Below are positions 1-8,880 of a DNA stretch of 64,000 nt, piece by piece. Both the position numbers and the translations under genes were made by a program. This stretch comes from Chloroflexota bacterium (GTDB lineage: Bacteria; Chloroflexota; Limnocylindria; P2-11E). The notes beneath the pieces were generated by a model. The model ran no database searches. It was not told the DNA's origin and saw only the letters and a list, made by a program, of their open reading frames with translations. The DNA lies in assembly GCA_005879975.1 (NCBI GenBank), contig VBIL01000168.1, positions 2,119-66,118 on the forward strand, read 5' to 3'. Every line of letters starts with the position of its first letter. The stretch's first letter is position 1.

Positions 1-432
1 GGAACCTTTCTGTCGCCGCGCCTTGAGACCCCCCGCAACGCCCTCGTCTCGACGACATACCAGATGCTCGCAGGGGGTGCGGTGCTGGTCGTCGTAGCCC
101 TTGCTCGAGGGGAGCTCGCGAACGTCGACCCCTCGACGTTCTCGGTCCGATCGCTCATCGCATTCGCCTACCTGGTCGTGTTCGGCTCGCTGGTCGCGTA
201 CAGCGCGTACACATGGCTACTGCAGAACGCGTCCGTGTCGCTCGTCTCCACATACGCGTTCGTGAATCCGGTCGTCGCGGTCGTTCTCGGCGCGCTGATA
301 CTCGCCGAGCCGATCACCGCATCGATCGTGATCGGAGCTGCCGTCATCGTCGTCGCCGTGGCGTTCATCATCTGGCGACAGAACACGCAGCGCGCAGCTC
401 GGCGCGGGGCGGTTGCGGCCGCCGCCGACTGA
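1..432 (+). CDS. EamA/DMT-family transporter, C-terminal part (5' end lies outside the window)
   Basis: The reading frame is open from base 1 with no stop. The translation shows the hydrophobic second EamA repeat (SLIAFAYLVVFGSLVAYSAYTWLL...VNPVVAVVLGALILAEPIT) and stops at 430-432. Confidence 0.7.
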   Translation, partial: GTFLSPRLETPRNALVSTTYQMLAGGAVLVVVALARGELANVDPSTFSVRSLIAFAYLVVFGSLVAYSAYTWLLQNASVSLVSTYAFVNPVVAVVLGALILAEPITASIVIGAAVIVVAVAFIIWRQNTQRAARRGAVAAAAD

Positions 433-1156
433 TCGCGGCGCGAGTCGCGCCCGGGGACGGCTAGCGTGTGGACGCGTGGCCGAGCAGTTGGAAGCCCTTG
501 CGGCGGCATGGAGAGCCGACCCTTCGAAGAATCAGTTGGGTCCGGGTGCGACGGAGGCTGCTATGTCTCTTGCGGAAGCCATGCTTCACCGTCGTTTCCC
601 GCGCGCGTTGCGCGACCTGTACCTCCAAACCGACGGATGTGCTCTCCTGGAAGGAAATCTGAACATCACTCCCCTCGCGACGGTGCCTGGCACGCCCGGG
701 CTAGTGGATCTTTCCGATGAGTTGCGGGGAAACGGATGGGCGGTGCCCAACGAATTGCTCGTCTTCGGCGACGACGGTCAGGGCAATCAGTTGGGCATTT
801 GGCTCCCCTCGGGAACCAGGGACGACCTGCCCAACCCGATCGTGATGCTCGGGCAGATCTTCGGTCGGGCCGAATGCATGGCCGTCTTCGGAAGCGAACT
901 CCTGCGCTTCCTACGCAGCTGGACGATCTACTACACACTGCTCGATGACGCTACCGATGCCCATCGACGGCGAGTCCTCGATCTGCTCGGTGTACCCGCG
1001 GGGTGGCGCGATCGAGAGCCCGACGATGCGCTTCGTGCGGAGATCTTGCGCAGCAACGATCCCGATCTGCCGACTCATGACCCCGACCCCTACGTTCGTG
1101 GGGTCAGTGCCCAGCACCTTCGGATTCTGTATGGAGGCAGCGAGACGGTTCGCTAA
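413..1156 (+). CDS. SMI1/KNR4 (SUKH-1) family protein
   Basis: The ORF contains typical SMI1/KNR4 motifs (LEALAAAW..., LLVFGDDGQGNQLGIWLP). The true start may be the GTG near 476 (VAEQLEAL), because the ATG at 413 overlaps the upstream gene. Confidence 0.65.
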   Translation: MRPPPTDRGASRARGRLACGRVAEQLEALAAAWRADPSKNQLGPGATEAAMSLAEAMLHRRFPRALRDLYLQTDGCALLEGNLNITPLATVPGTPGLVDLSDELRGNGWAVPNELLVFGDDGQGNQLGIWLPSGTRDDLPNPIVMLGQIFGRAECMAVFGSELLRFLRSWTIYYTLLDDATDAHRRRVLDLLGVPAGWRDREPDDALRAEILRSNDPDLPTHDPDPYVRGVSAQHLRILYGGSETVR

Positions 1157-1190
1157 GCTCACAGGCTTTTGTTAGGGAGGTCTCTCCTTC

Positions 1191-2405
1191 CTACCTGGCG
1201 AGGCGCCGCAATTCGTCCTCGGTAAGCAGTTGGTCCGCGTCCTTTGCGGCGGCGAGGATCCGGTCGATCCGCCCACGGGTCGCCTCAATACCCCGCGACT
1301 CGAGCCAGAACACGACGTTGGACTCCCCACTCATCGGCCCGACCTCGATGCGCTGCTCACGGCCGAGCACCGACGCGGGTACCGCGCTGTACACGCGATC
1401 GGCGAGCGCGCGGTCGTTCCTCCGCAGTGCCTTGATCACCGCGGCGGCGTGGACGCCCGTCCCCGTGCGGAACGCATCCGACCCAAGCGCGGGGTAGTTC
1501 GGCGGGACGGGCATGCCGCAGTGCTCGGAGACGAGCGCCGTGTATTCGACGAGGGGCCTGAGGTCTCGGTCGATCAATCCCCAGAGCCATAGGTTCACGA
1601 GCAGCTGGTCCATCGAGCTGTTCCCGACCCGTTCGCCGATGCCGAGCGCGCAGCCGTGTACGCGGTCGGCGAGCGCCGTCGCGGTGAGCGCGTTGATCGT
1701 TCCCAGACCGCGGTCGTTGTGTCCGTGGAAGTCCATCCTCACGTCCCGGCCGCGCACGACCTCGTCGCGGATGAACGTGAGCACGTTGCGCACGCCCTCC
1801 GGTGTCGCGTGGCCGCACGTGTCCGAGACGCAGATCCGCTTCGCGCCGGCGGCGATCGCGGTCTCGTAGAGCTTGACGAGCGTCTCGGGATCGGCCCGCG
1901 TGGTGTCCTCGGTGACGAACATCACGGGCAGGCCCGCCTTTACGAGGGTCGCGACGCTCGTCTCGACGCTCTGGAGCATCGCGTCGATCTTCCAATCCTC
2001 GGCGAAGCGGCGGATGGGCGATGACCCGATGAATGTGCAGGCCTCGATGGCCACGCCGGCCTCCGTCGAGGCCTCGATCGCGGCGCGGACGTCGTCGGGA
2101 TGCGTGCGGATGGCGCAGTTCGGACGGAGATGCTTCAGCTTCGTCGTTTCCTTCGCGAGCGCGACGATGGAGGCGCGTGCCTGCGGCGACGCGCCGGGCA
2201 GGCCGATGTCCGCGCTGTCGATCCCGAGCTGGTCCATGAGTTGGAGGAGCCGCTTCTTGACCTCGAGCGGCGGGTTGCGTACTGAAGGTCCCTGCAGCCC
2301 GTCGCGAAGCGTCTCGTCGTCCAGCTCGACCGCGCGGTAGTCCGCCCGCGCGGCGCGGCCATCGCGATTCCAGTCGTAGATCAGCCGGTCGAGCTCGGTC
2401 TCCAT
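1191..2405 (-). CDS. DRE-TIM metallolyase family protein (HMG-CoA lyase / 2-isopropylmalate-homocitrate synthase-like pyruvate carboxyltransferase domain)
   Basis: A 404 aa ORF carries the motifs ELDDETLRDGLQ, DTCGHATP and HGHNDRGLGTINALTA, which mark the HMGL-like TIM-barrel family. Confidence 0.75.
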   Translation of the reverse strand: METELDRLIYDWNRDGRAARADYRAVELDDETLRDGLQGPSVRNPPLEVKKRLLQLMDQLGIDSADIGLPGASPQARASIVALAKETTKLKHLRPNCAIRTHPDDVRAAIEASTEAGVAIEACTFIGSSPIRRFAEDWKIDAMLQSVETSVATLVKAGLPVMFVTEDTTRADPETLVKLYETAIAAGAKRICVSDTCGHATPEGVRNVLTFIRDEVVRGRDVRMDFHGHNDRGLGTINALTATALADRVHGCALGIGERVGNSSMDQLLVNLWLWGLIDRDLRPLVEYTALVSEHCGMPVPPNYPALGSDAFRTGTGVHAAAVIKALRRNDRALADRVYSAVPASVLGREQRIEVGPMSGESNVVFWLESRGIEATRGRIDRILAAAKDADQLLTEDELRRLAR

Positions 2406-2451
2406 GCGACGTATGGTGCCTCAGTGACGCGCAGGGTCGGACACCATCAGG

Positions 2452-3564
2452 TCAGCGAATGACCGGCGCCGTGCGTGTGCCGGTGAAGCTGAGAAACGCG
2501 AGGTCCTCGGCCGCGAAGCCGGCGCGGCGCGACATGCTGAACGAGTAGGTCGTCGCGATCCCCGGGAACGTTGCCGTCTGCAGACGATCGCGCATCCGCA
2601 CCGGCTCGATGCCGCCTTCAGCCGCCGTGGCGAGCAAGAAGAGCGCGTCGTAGGCCGTCTCGGCAAGTGACGTCGGCGGGCCGGCCCGGTCGGTGTACGA
2701 CTGGACGAACGCCGCACGCGCCTGATTCCCGCTCGTCCCAGCCGCGATCCACCGCGAGCCCGGCCAGGTCGTTTGCGCCGCGGCCTCACGGAGGTCCGCG
2801 AGATCGCCGAGGTCGGATAGATACGAGAGATAGAGCGACGCGCCTGTGGTGGTTTGGCGCGCCGCGTCGATATAGGTCTTCGGCGTACCCGCAAAGAAGA
2901 CGATCGGCGTGAGGGGCGGGATCGCGCGCAGGCGCGGGCCGGCGTCCGATCCCGTCACTTTGATGAGGTTCGCGGCCACCCCGCGGCGCGCGAGATCCGC
3001 GACGAGCGCGGCACGTTCAGGGATGGCCGTCACCGACTCGTCGCTCACGACGACCGTCGAGCTGAGAACGGCCTGCGCTGCGGCGTGGTCGAGGGTCGCG
3101 CGCGCCAGCTGCGCCGGCGTAGGCGCGAGCGCGAACGCCCACCCGCCGGCCGTGGCCGGCTCGGGGATCGGAAGTGTGAAGAGGACCGGTACCTGCGCGA
3201 GCTGAACCGCGGCCGCGAAGGGCTGGTCGTAGTCGACTGGCACACCGACGACGATCGCGTCGGCGCGATCCTCGACCGCGGCACGGCGCAGCTCGAGCAC
3301 GGTTTTCGATGGACTGCCCGCGACGTCGACGATCCGCAGACGCAGGCGCGGTGATCCGGTGGTGTGCTGGTCGGCCCAGAGCTGCAGCGCATCACGCTGC
3401 GGTCCGCCGCTTGGCGCGCGCGACCCTGAAAGGTCGAGGAGCGCGCTCACGTTGAGGGACGCGGGATCGCGCGTCGGCGCCGGCGTAGGAGTCGTCGAAG
3501 GATTCGCCGGGTTGCACGCGGCGATCGCGATCACGACCACGAATGCGAGCGTCCGCCGATGCAT
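2452..3564 (-). CDS. ABC transporter substrate-binding lipoprotein (type I periplasmic binding protein, Leu/Ile/Val-binding-like)
   Basis: The N-terminus has a signal peptide and lipobox (VVIAIAAC). Overall composition resembles the branched-chain amino acid PBP1 family. The call rests on weak sequence resemblance only. Confidence 0.55.
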   Translation of the reverse strand: MHRRTLAFVVVIAIAACNPANPSTTPTPAPTRDPASLNVSALLDLSGSRAPSGGPQRDALQLWADQHTTGSPRLRLRIVDVAGSPSKTVLELRRAAVEDRADAIVVGVPVDYDQPFAAAVQLAQVPVLFTLPIPEPATAGGWAFALAPTPAQLARATLDHAAAQAVLSSTVVVSDESVTAIPERAALVADLARRGVAANLIKVTGSDAGPRLRAIPPLTPIVFFAGTPKTYIDAARQTTTGASLYLSYLSDLGDLADLREAAAQTTWPGSRWIAAGTSGNQARAAFVQSYTDRAGPPTSLAETAYDALFLLATAAEGGIEPVRMRDRLQTATFPGIATTYSFSMSRRAGFAAEDLAFLSFTGTRTAPVIR

Positions 3565-3575
3565 GGGCTGCGCCG

Positions 3576-4619
3576 CTACGCGCGAGTTCCGTCCGGCAGC
3601 GGGTTGTCCGCCGAGTACACGTGCGTGGCCGCATCTTCGGGCCGCGGGTCAGGCTCGCTCTCGGCCTGCGCGATCGCGCCCTCGATCTCGTCGGCCAGCG
3701 CGGCGCGGATCTCTTCGAGCTCCTGTTCGGCCACGCCAGCCGACACCAGGTATTCACGCGTGCGCTTGACTGGATCCCGCGCCCGCCACTCGTCGACCTC
3801 TTGCTTGGTGCGATACCGAGTGTCGTCGTCGTCCGAGGTGTGCGGCTGATAGCGGTAGCACTTGAGCTCGACCAGGCTCGGGCCGCCACCGGAGCGTGCG
3901 TGGTCCGCCGCGACCTTCGTCTTCTCGTAGCTGTCGAGCACGTCCATGCCGTCCGCAATGTGTCCAGGCATGGCATAGGCCGCGGCCTTGTCGGCGATGT
4001 TCTTCACCGCGGTCTGCTTCTCGTACCGAGTCGAGATCGCGAGGAGGTTGTTCTCGATCACGAACACCACCGGAAGCTTATGGATCGATGCGAAGTTCGC
4101 GGCCTCGTGGAAGTCCCCGGGACTGGTCGAGCCATCGCCGCCGAAGACGAACACGATGTTGTCCGCCTCTTTCCGCAGCTTGAGCGCGAGGGCGAGACCC
4201 ACGGCGTGCGGGAACTCCGTGCCGACGAGGACGGAACGCGAAAGGACCCGATTCTCGGGCGAGCTGAACATATTGAGCATCGCCCGGCCGGCAGAATTGG
4301 TGTCGGTCGCCTTCGCGAGCACGCTCCGGAACTCGCCGAGCACGCTGAATCCGAGGACGAACGCCACACCCATGTCGCGGTAATACGGGACGGTCCAGTC
4401 CTTTCCGCGCCGGATGCACCACGCCGCGCCGATCTGTGCGGCCTCGTGCCCATCGGTCCCCGCGCCGAATGGCGTGCGGCCCATGCGGTTGAGCTGGAGG
4501 ATCCGCTCGGAGACCAGCCGGGTCATGAGCATGTAGCGGTACATGCCTTTCACGTCGTCGAGCGAGAGCCCGAGCGGCTCGTGACGCGTCGCGCTCTCCT
4601 TGCGCGTTGTGACCGCCAT
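3576..4619 (-). CDS. TPP-dependent 2-oxoacid dehydrogenase E1 component alpha subunit (pyruvate/branched-chain/acetoin dehydrogenase E1-alpha family)
   Basis: The 347 aa protein has the TPP-binding motif GDGSTSPGDFHEAANFASIHKLPVVFVIENN and the typical E1-alpha N-terminus (YRYMLMTRLVSERILQL). No E1-beta gene is adjacent. Confidence 0.8.
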   Translation of the reverse strand: MAVTTRKESATRHEPLGLSLDDVKGMYRYMLMTRLVSERILQLNRMGRTPFGAGTDGHEAAQIGAAWCIRRGKDWTVPYYRDMGVAFVLGFSVLGEFRSVLAKATDTNSAGRAMLNMFSSPENRVLSRSVLVGTEFPHAVGLALALKLRKEADNIVFVFGGDGSTSPGDFHEAANFASIHKLPVVFVIENNLLAISTRYEKQTAVKNIADKAAAYAMPGHIADGMDVLDSYEKTKVAADHARSGGGPSLVELKCYRYQPHTSDDDDTRYRTKQEVDEWRARDPVKRTREYLVSAGVAEQELEEIRAALADEIEGAIAQAESEPDPRPEDAATHVYSADNPLPDGTRA

Positions 4620-4626
4620 CAGACTC

Positions 4627-5121
4627 TCATGCTACCGGCCGCCGCGGCCACAGGAACGCCGCCAGTATCACCAGCCATGCGGCGAACAGCAGCCTGAGCG
4701 CGAGATCCGGGGACGCATCGGAGCGGCCCTCGAACGCGGCGATACCCGCGACCGCCGGAAAGAGGATCGCCAGCAGCATCGTGACCCAGCCGAATGGACG
4801 CGGCAGCACGCCGGTCTCCGCCCACATCTTTCCGATCGTCCACCACCACACCGCACGAGCCACGAGCACCGCGGGTAACGTCTCCGGTGCGCCACCGAGG
4901 CCCGCGATCACCACGCACGTGCCGGCGATCGTGCCCAGCACCGCGCCCGACTGACGCACGGGAAGATGAAGAACGTGCAGGGACGCGAGAACGGGCAAGA
5001 TGAGCCCGAAGCCGACCGCGTTCACGACGAAGTACCACGTGCCGTAGAAGCCGGGAGCGAACTCCGTCGCGGCAAAGAGGGCGAGGCCCGCGAGCGCCGA
5101 CCAGACGGCGGCTTTCTTCAA
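4627..5121 (-). CDS. hypothetical integral membrane protein
   Basis: A 164 aa ORF with 4-5 hydrophobic helices sits between the E1-alpha and Hbd genes on the same strand with short gaps. Confidence 0.45.
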   Translation of the reverse strand: MKKAAVWSALAGLALFAATEFAPGFYGTWYFVVNAVGFGLILPVLASLHVLHLPVRQSGAVLGTIAGTCVVIAGLGGAPETLPAVLVARAVWWWTIGKMWAETGVLPRPFGWVTMLLAILFPAVAGIAAFEGRSDASPDLALRLLFAAWLVILAAFLWPRRPVA

Positions 5122-5141
5122 CGCGAGAATTTCGTGAGGAT

Positions 5142-6014
5142 CTAGGACTTGCGCTTTCCCTGCTCGTCGTAGTCGTAGAAGCCTTTGCCGGTCTTCGTTC
5201 CGAGCTGACCAGCGAGATACATGCGGCGCAGGAGCGGCGGAGCCGCCATGCCCGGGTCCTTGAGCTCCTCGAAGAAGGCGTTCGCGACGTGGTAGTTGAT
5301 GTCCACGCCGGTGTAGTCGATGAGCTCGAACGGCCCCATCGGGTAGCCGAGCCCGAGCTTCACCGCCTGATCGATGTCCTCCTTGGTCGCGATGCCAAGC
5401 TCGAGCATGCGGATCGCGCCGAGAAGGTAGGGGACCATCAAGCGGTTCACGATGAAACCGGTGCTGTCTTTGCAGACCACGCCGGTCTTCCCGAGACGCG
5501 TCACGAAATCGCGCAGCGTCGCGATGGTCTCGTCGCTCGTCGTCAACGCCTTCACGATCTCGACGAGCTTCATGATCACCGGGGGGTTGAAGAAGTGCAG
5601 GCCGGCAAAACGGTCGGGCCGCTTCGTGGCTGCCGCCATTTCGACGATCGTCAGGCTCGAGGTGTTCGAGCAGAAGATCGTCCCCGGCGGGCAGACCGTG
5701 TCGAGTTCGCCGAAGACCTTCTTTTTCGGGCTGATCTCCTCGACCACCGCCTCGATGACAAGGTCGCGGTCCTTGAAGTCTCCGAGCGACGTCGTGCCGC
5801 GGATCCTGCCGCGTGCGGCCTTCGCATCGTCCTCGGAAACCCGCTGGCTCTTGACCAGCCGCGCGAGCGATCCCTCAACGCGCTTGAAGCCCTTGTCGAT
5901 GAACGACTGCTCGACTTCGCGAACAAGCGTGTCGAACCCCGCCTGCGCGCAGACCTGCGCGATTCCCGAGCCCATCTGACCGAAGCCGACGACGCCAACA
6001 CGCTGGATCGTCAT
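5142..6014 (-). CDS. 3-hydroxyacyl-CoA (3-hydroxybutyryl-CoA) dehydrogenase
   Basis: The N-terminus has an NAD-binding Rossmann motif (VGVVGFGQMGSGIA). The C-terminal domain (GFIVNRLMVPYL...GYPMGPFEL) is typical of Hbd/FadB-family dehydrogenases. Confidence 0.85.
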   Translation of the reverse strand: MTIQRVGVVGFGQMGSGIAQVCAQAGFDTLVREVEQSFIDKGFKRVEGSLARLVKSQRVSEDDAKAARGRIRGTTSLGDFKDRDLVIEAVVEEISPKKKVFGELDTVCPPGTIFCSNTSSLTIVEMAAATKRPDRFAGLHFFNPPVIMKLVEIVKALTTSDETIATLRDFVTRLGKTGVVCKDSTGFIVNRLMVPYLLGAIRMLELGIATKEDIDQAVKLGLGYPMGPFELIDYTGVDINYHVANAFFEELKDPGMAAPPLLRRMYLAGQLGTKTGKGFYDYDEQGKRKS

Positions 6015-6046
6015 GGACGACCTCCCCTGAAAAGCGCGGACAGCAT

Positions 6047-6586
6047 ATGGCGGCGCGCGGACCTAACATCTCGAACGTGCCCCTTACGTCAGCCCGCCGT
6101 GTCGTGCTGCGCGGACCCGGCGCGACCGAGCTCGCGCTGACCGTCAACGGCCAAGCGGTGACAGTCCAGGTTCCGCCGCGCCGAACGCTCCTGGACACGC
6201 TCCGCGAGGCGCTCGCGCTCACCGGCACGAAGAAGGTCTGTGACGAGGGAACGTGTGGCGCTTGCACCGTGCTGGTGGACGGGCGCGCGATCTATTCCTG
6301 CATGACGCTGGCGGTAACGTGCGAGGGCAAGCGCGTCGAAACGATCGAGGGGCTCGCGAAAGACGGCGAGCTCCATCCCGTACAGCGCGCGTTCATCGAC
6401 GCCGACGCGTTCCAGTGCGGCTTCTGCACTCCGGGCCAGATCATGTCGATCGTCGCCCTTCTGCGCGAGACGCCCGCGCCGACCGAGGACGACGTGCGGC
6501 GCGCGGTGGCCGGGAACCTCTGTCGCTGCGGCGCGTATCCGAACATCGTCTCGGCTGGCGTGAACGCCGGGAAGCGCAAAAGGTAA
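6047..6586 (+). CDS. (2Fe-2S)-binding small subunit of a xanthine dehydrogenase/CO dehydrogenase-family molybdenum hydroxylase (CoxS-like)
   Basis: Cluster motifs are present: CDEGTCGACTV, CGFCTPGQIMS, NLCRCGAYPNI. The stop TAA overlaps the ATG of the next gene (TAATG at 6584-6588). Confidence 0.9.
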   Translation: MAARGPNISNVPLTSARRVVLRGPGATELALTVNGQAVTVQVPPRRTLLDTLREALALTGTKKVCDEGTCGACTVLVDGRAIYSCMTLAVTCEGKRVETIEGLAKDGELHPVQRAFIDADAFQCGFCTPGQIMSIVALLRETPAPTEDDVRRAVAGNLCRCGAYPNIVSAGVNAGKRKR

Positions 6587-8880
6587 TGCCGCGCGTCGTC
6601 AAGAGCCGCGAGGAGTTCGAGGGCGAGGTCTACGAATCGCTCGTCCTCGTCGAGGGCAAGGACCTCCCAGTCCCGCGGGCGGGCACGGAATTCGTCGAGA
6701 TCGCGCACTCGCGCCGGCGTATCGACGGACCGCAGCGCGTCACCGGCCGTGCTCGGTACACACAGGACATCTACCTCCCCGGCATGCTCCATGTCCGGGT
6801 GCTGCGCAGCCCCTATCCCCGGGCCCGTGTGCGGCGGATCGACACGAAGAAAGCCGAAGCGCTTCCTGGAGTGCGCGGCGTCCTTCACCGGTTCAACGCG
6901 CCGAAGGCCTCCTTCCGCGGCGAAGAGACGATCTTCCGCGAGGAGGTCCGTTTCGTCGGGGACGAGGTCGCCGCCATCGCGGCGGACGACGAGCAGACGG
7001 CGGTCGACGCGCTCCGTCTCATCGAAGTCGACTACGAGCTCCTCCCGCATGTCGTCGATCTCGAGGAAGCCATCGGAGACATGGCGCCGCGCCTCGAGAC
7101 GGATGGCAACGTCGCCGAAGCGGCGACGCATAAGCGCGGCGACGCCAAGCGCGGACTCAGGGAGGCGGATTTCGTCGTCGACGCGACCTACCGCACGTCG
7201 ACGCAGCTGCACAACTCGCTCGAGACCCACGGCGCGGTCGCGACGTGGGACGGAGAGCAGCTCACCGTGTACGAGTCCACCCAGCACGTCTTCGGCGTTC
7301 GCCAGGGACTCCGTACCGCGCTCAAGCTGCCCTTCTCGAAGATCCGCGTGCTCTGCGATTACATGGGCGGGGGCTTCGGATCGAAGGGCGGCGTTGGCAA
7401 GTACTCGATCATCGCGTCGCTCTTCACGATGCAGCTCGGGCGCCCCGCCCGATGCGTCCTCACTCGCGACGAAGAAAATCTCGCGGCGGGCAACCGTTCG
7501 GCCACGTTGCAGCAGCTCCGTGTCGGCGGGAAGGGTGGGCGCATCACGGCACTCGAGCACACCTCGTGGGCAAACGTGGGCCAGGGCAAATGGGTCGCGA
7601 ACCCGACCGGGCCGACGAACACGCTCTACGACATCGCGAACCTTTCCTCGAAGTCGTACAAGGTGGTCACGAACGCGGGCTCGCTCTCTGCGTTCCGCGC
7701 GCCGGGGTATGTCGAGGGGACCTTCGCACTCGAGTCGGCGATCGACGAGCTCGCCGACAAGATGGGCGTCGACCCACTGGTGCTTCGGCGGAAGCACGCC
7801 GCGTCGCCGAAGGACCCGATGGTCGGCAAGCGCTATTCAGATAAGCACCTCATCGAGTGCTATCGCATCGGTGCGGCGGAAATCGGCTGGCAGCGCCGCC
7901 GCCGCTCCGGCGGGATCCGCGGCTCGGCCCCACATCGCCGTCGCGGGATCGGCATGGCCACCCAGATCTGGGGCGGAGGCGGTGGGCCGCCCGCGTACGC
8001 GACGGTGCACGTGAATTCCGACGGGACGGTCGTGCTCACGACGGGGACGCAGGACATCGGCACGGGCACACGCACGGTCCTCGCGCAGATCTGCGCGGAC
8101 GAGCTCGGCGTGGAGCTAGACGACGTGCAGGTCCGGCTGGGCGATACCGACAACCCCTACGGCCCGATCTCGGCAGGTTCGCTCACCGTCGCCTCGGTCG
8201 GGCCCGCGGTCCGCATCGCGGCGCGCGACGCGCGCGAGCAGCTCCTCGGCGCCGCGGCGGGCGTGCTCGAGACGCCCATGGCCGAGCTGCGCCTCGAGGG
8301 GGGCGTGGTCGTGACCAAAGGCGCCCGGACCCCGCTCTCGGAGATCCTCACGAAGGTCGACAACAACACCGTGATCGGCAAAGGAGCTCGCCATCCGAAT
8401 GACCCTGACCTCTCTCTGCGAACGTTCGGGGCCCATTTCGCGGAGGTCGAGGTCGACGTGCGCACCGGTGAGATCACGGTCGAACACGTCGTCGCGGTCC
8501 ACGACATCGGCCGCATCGTCAATCCGACGACCGCGCGGTCACAGGTCGAGGGCGGCGTGCTGCAAGCGCTCGGCTTCGCGCTCAGCGAGGAGCGCTTCGT
8601 CGACCGAGCGACTGGTCGCGTCATGAACGGCAACCTCGAGAACTACAAGGTGCCGACCGTCAAGGACGTGCCCGCGAAGATCACCGTGAAATTCGTCGAC
8701 CGACCCGATCGCCGCGCGAACAACCTCGGCATCAAGGGTCTGGGCGAGCCCCCGATCATCCCGACCGCCGCAGCCATCGCGAACGCCGTCGCGAACGCGA
8801 CCGGCGCGCGCGTTCGGCACGCGCCGCTCACTCGGGCGCGTGTGCTCGAGGCCCTCGCGATCGCGGGGGCGAAGTCATGA
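6586..8880 (+). CDS. Molybdopterin-binding large subunit of an XDH/CODH-family molybdenum hydroxylase (CoxL-like)
   Basis: The 765 aa protein has aldehyde-oxidase/xanthine-dehydrogenase a/b-hammerhead and MoCo-binding motifs (GGGFGSKG, TGTQDIGTGTRT, HDIGRIVNP). The track ORF 6253..8880 lacks an upstream stop; the start is the ATG at 6586, which is coupled to the coxS stop. Confidence 0.9.
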   Translation: MPRVVKSREEFEGEVYESLVLVEGKDLPVPRAGTEFVEIAHSRRRIDGPQRVTGRARYTQDIYLPGMLHVRVLRSPYPRARVRRIDTKKAEALPGVRGVLHRFNAPKASFRGEETIFREEVRFVGDEVAAIAADDEQTAVDALRLIEVDYELLPHVVDLEEAIGDMAPRLETDGNVAEAATHKRGDAKRGLREADFVVDATYRTSTQLHNSLETHGAVATWDGEQLTVYESTQHVFGVRQGLRTALKLPFSKIRVLCDYMGGGFGSKGGVGKYSIIASLFTMQLGRPARCVLTRDEENLAAGNRSATLQQLRVGGKGGRITALEHTSWANVGQGKWVANPTGPTNTLYDIANLSSKSYKVVTNAGSLSAFRAPGYVEGTFALESAIDELADKMGVDPLVLRRKHAASPKDPMVGKRYSDKHLIECYRIGAAEIGWQRRRRSGGIRGSAPHRRRGIGMATQIWGGGGGPPAYATVHVNSDGTVVLTTGTQDIGTGTRTVLAQICADELGVELDDVQVRLGDTDNPYGPISAGSLTVASVGPAVRIAARDAREQLLGAAAGVLETPMAELRLEGGVVVTKGARTPLSEILTKVDNNTVIGKGARHPNDPDLSLRTFGAHFAEVEVDVRTGEITVEHVVAVHDIGRIVNPTTARSQVEGGVLQALGFALSEERFVDRATGRVMNGNLENYKVPTVKDVPAKITVKFVDRPDRRANNLGIKGLGEPPIIPTAAAIANAVANATGARVRHAPLTRARVLEALAIAGAKS

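Noticed and set aside
1157-1190. Possible terminator between convergent SUKH and lyase genes (ggcttttgtt…gggaggtctctcc).
   Set aside because: The stem is only 4 bp and no stable hairpin forms.
3543-4697. A 384 aa plus-strand ORF antisense to the E1-alpha gene. Similar long antisense ORFs occur at 6292..7797, 18491..20323, 28810..30201, 45659..46738, 40951..41394 and 49157..50065.
   Set aside because: These are shadow ORFs typical of high-GC DNA. They are Arg/Pro/Gly-rich low-complexity translations with no domain signature, lying opposite genes that carry strong family motifs.
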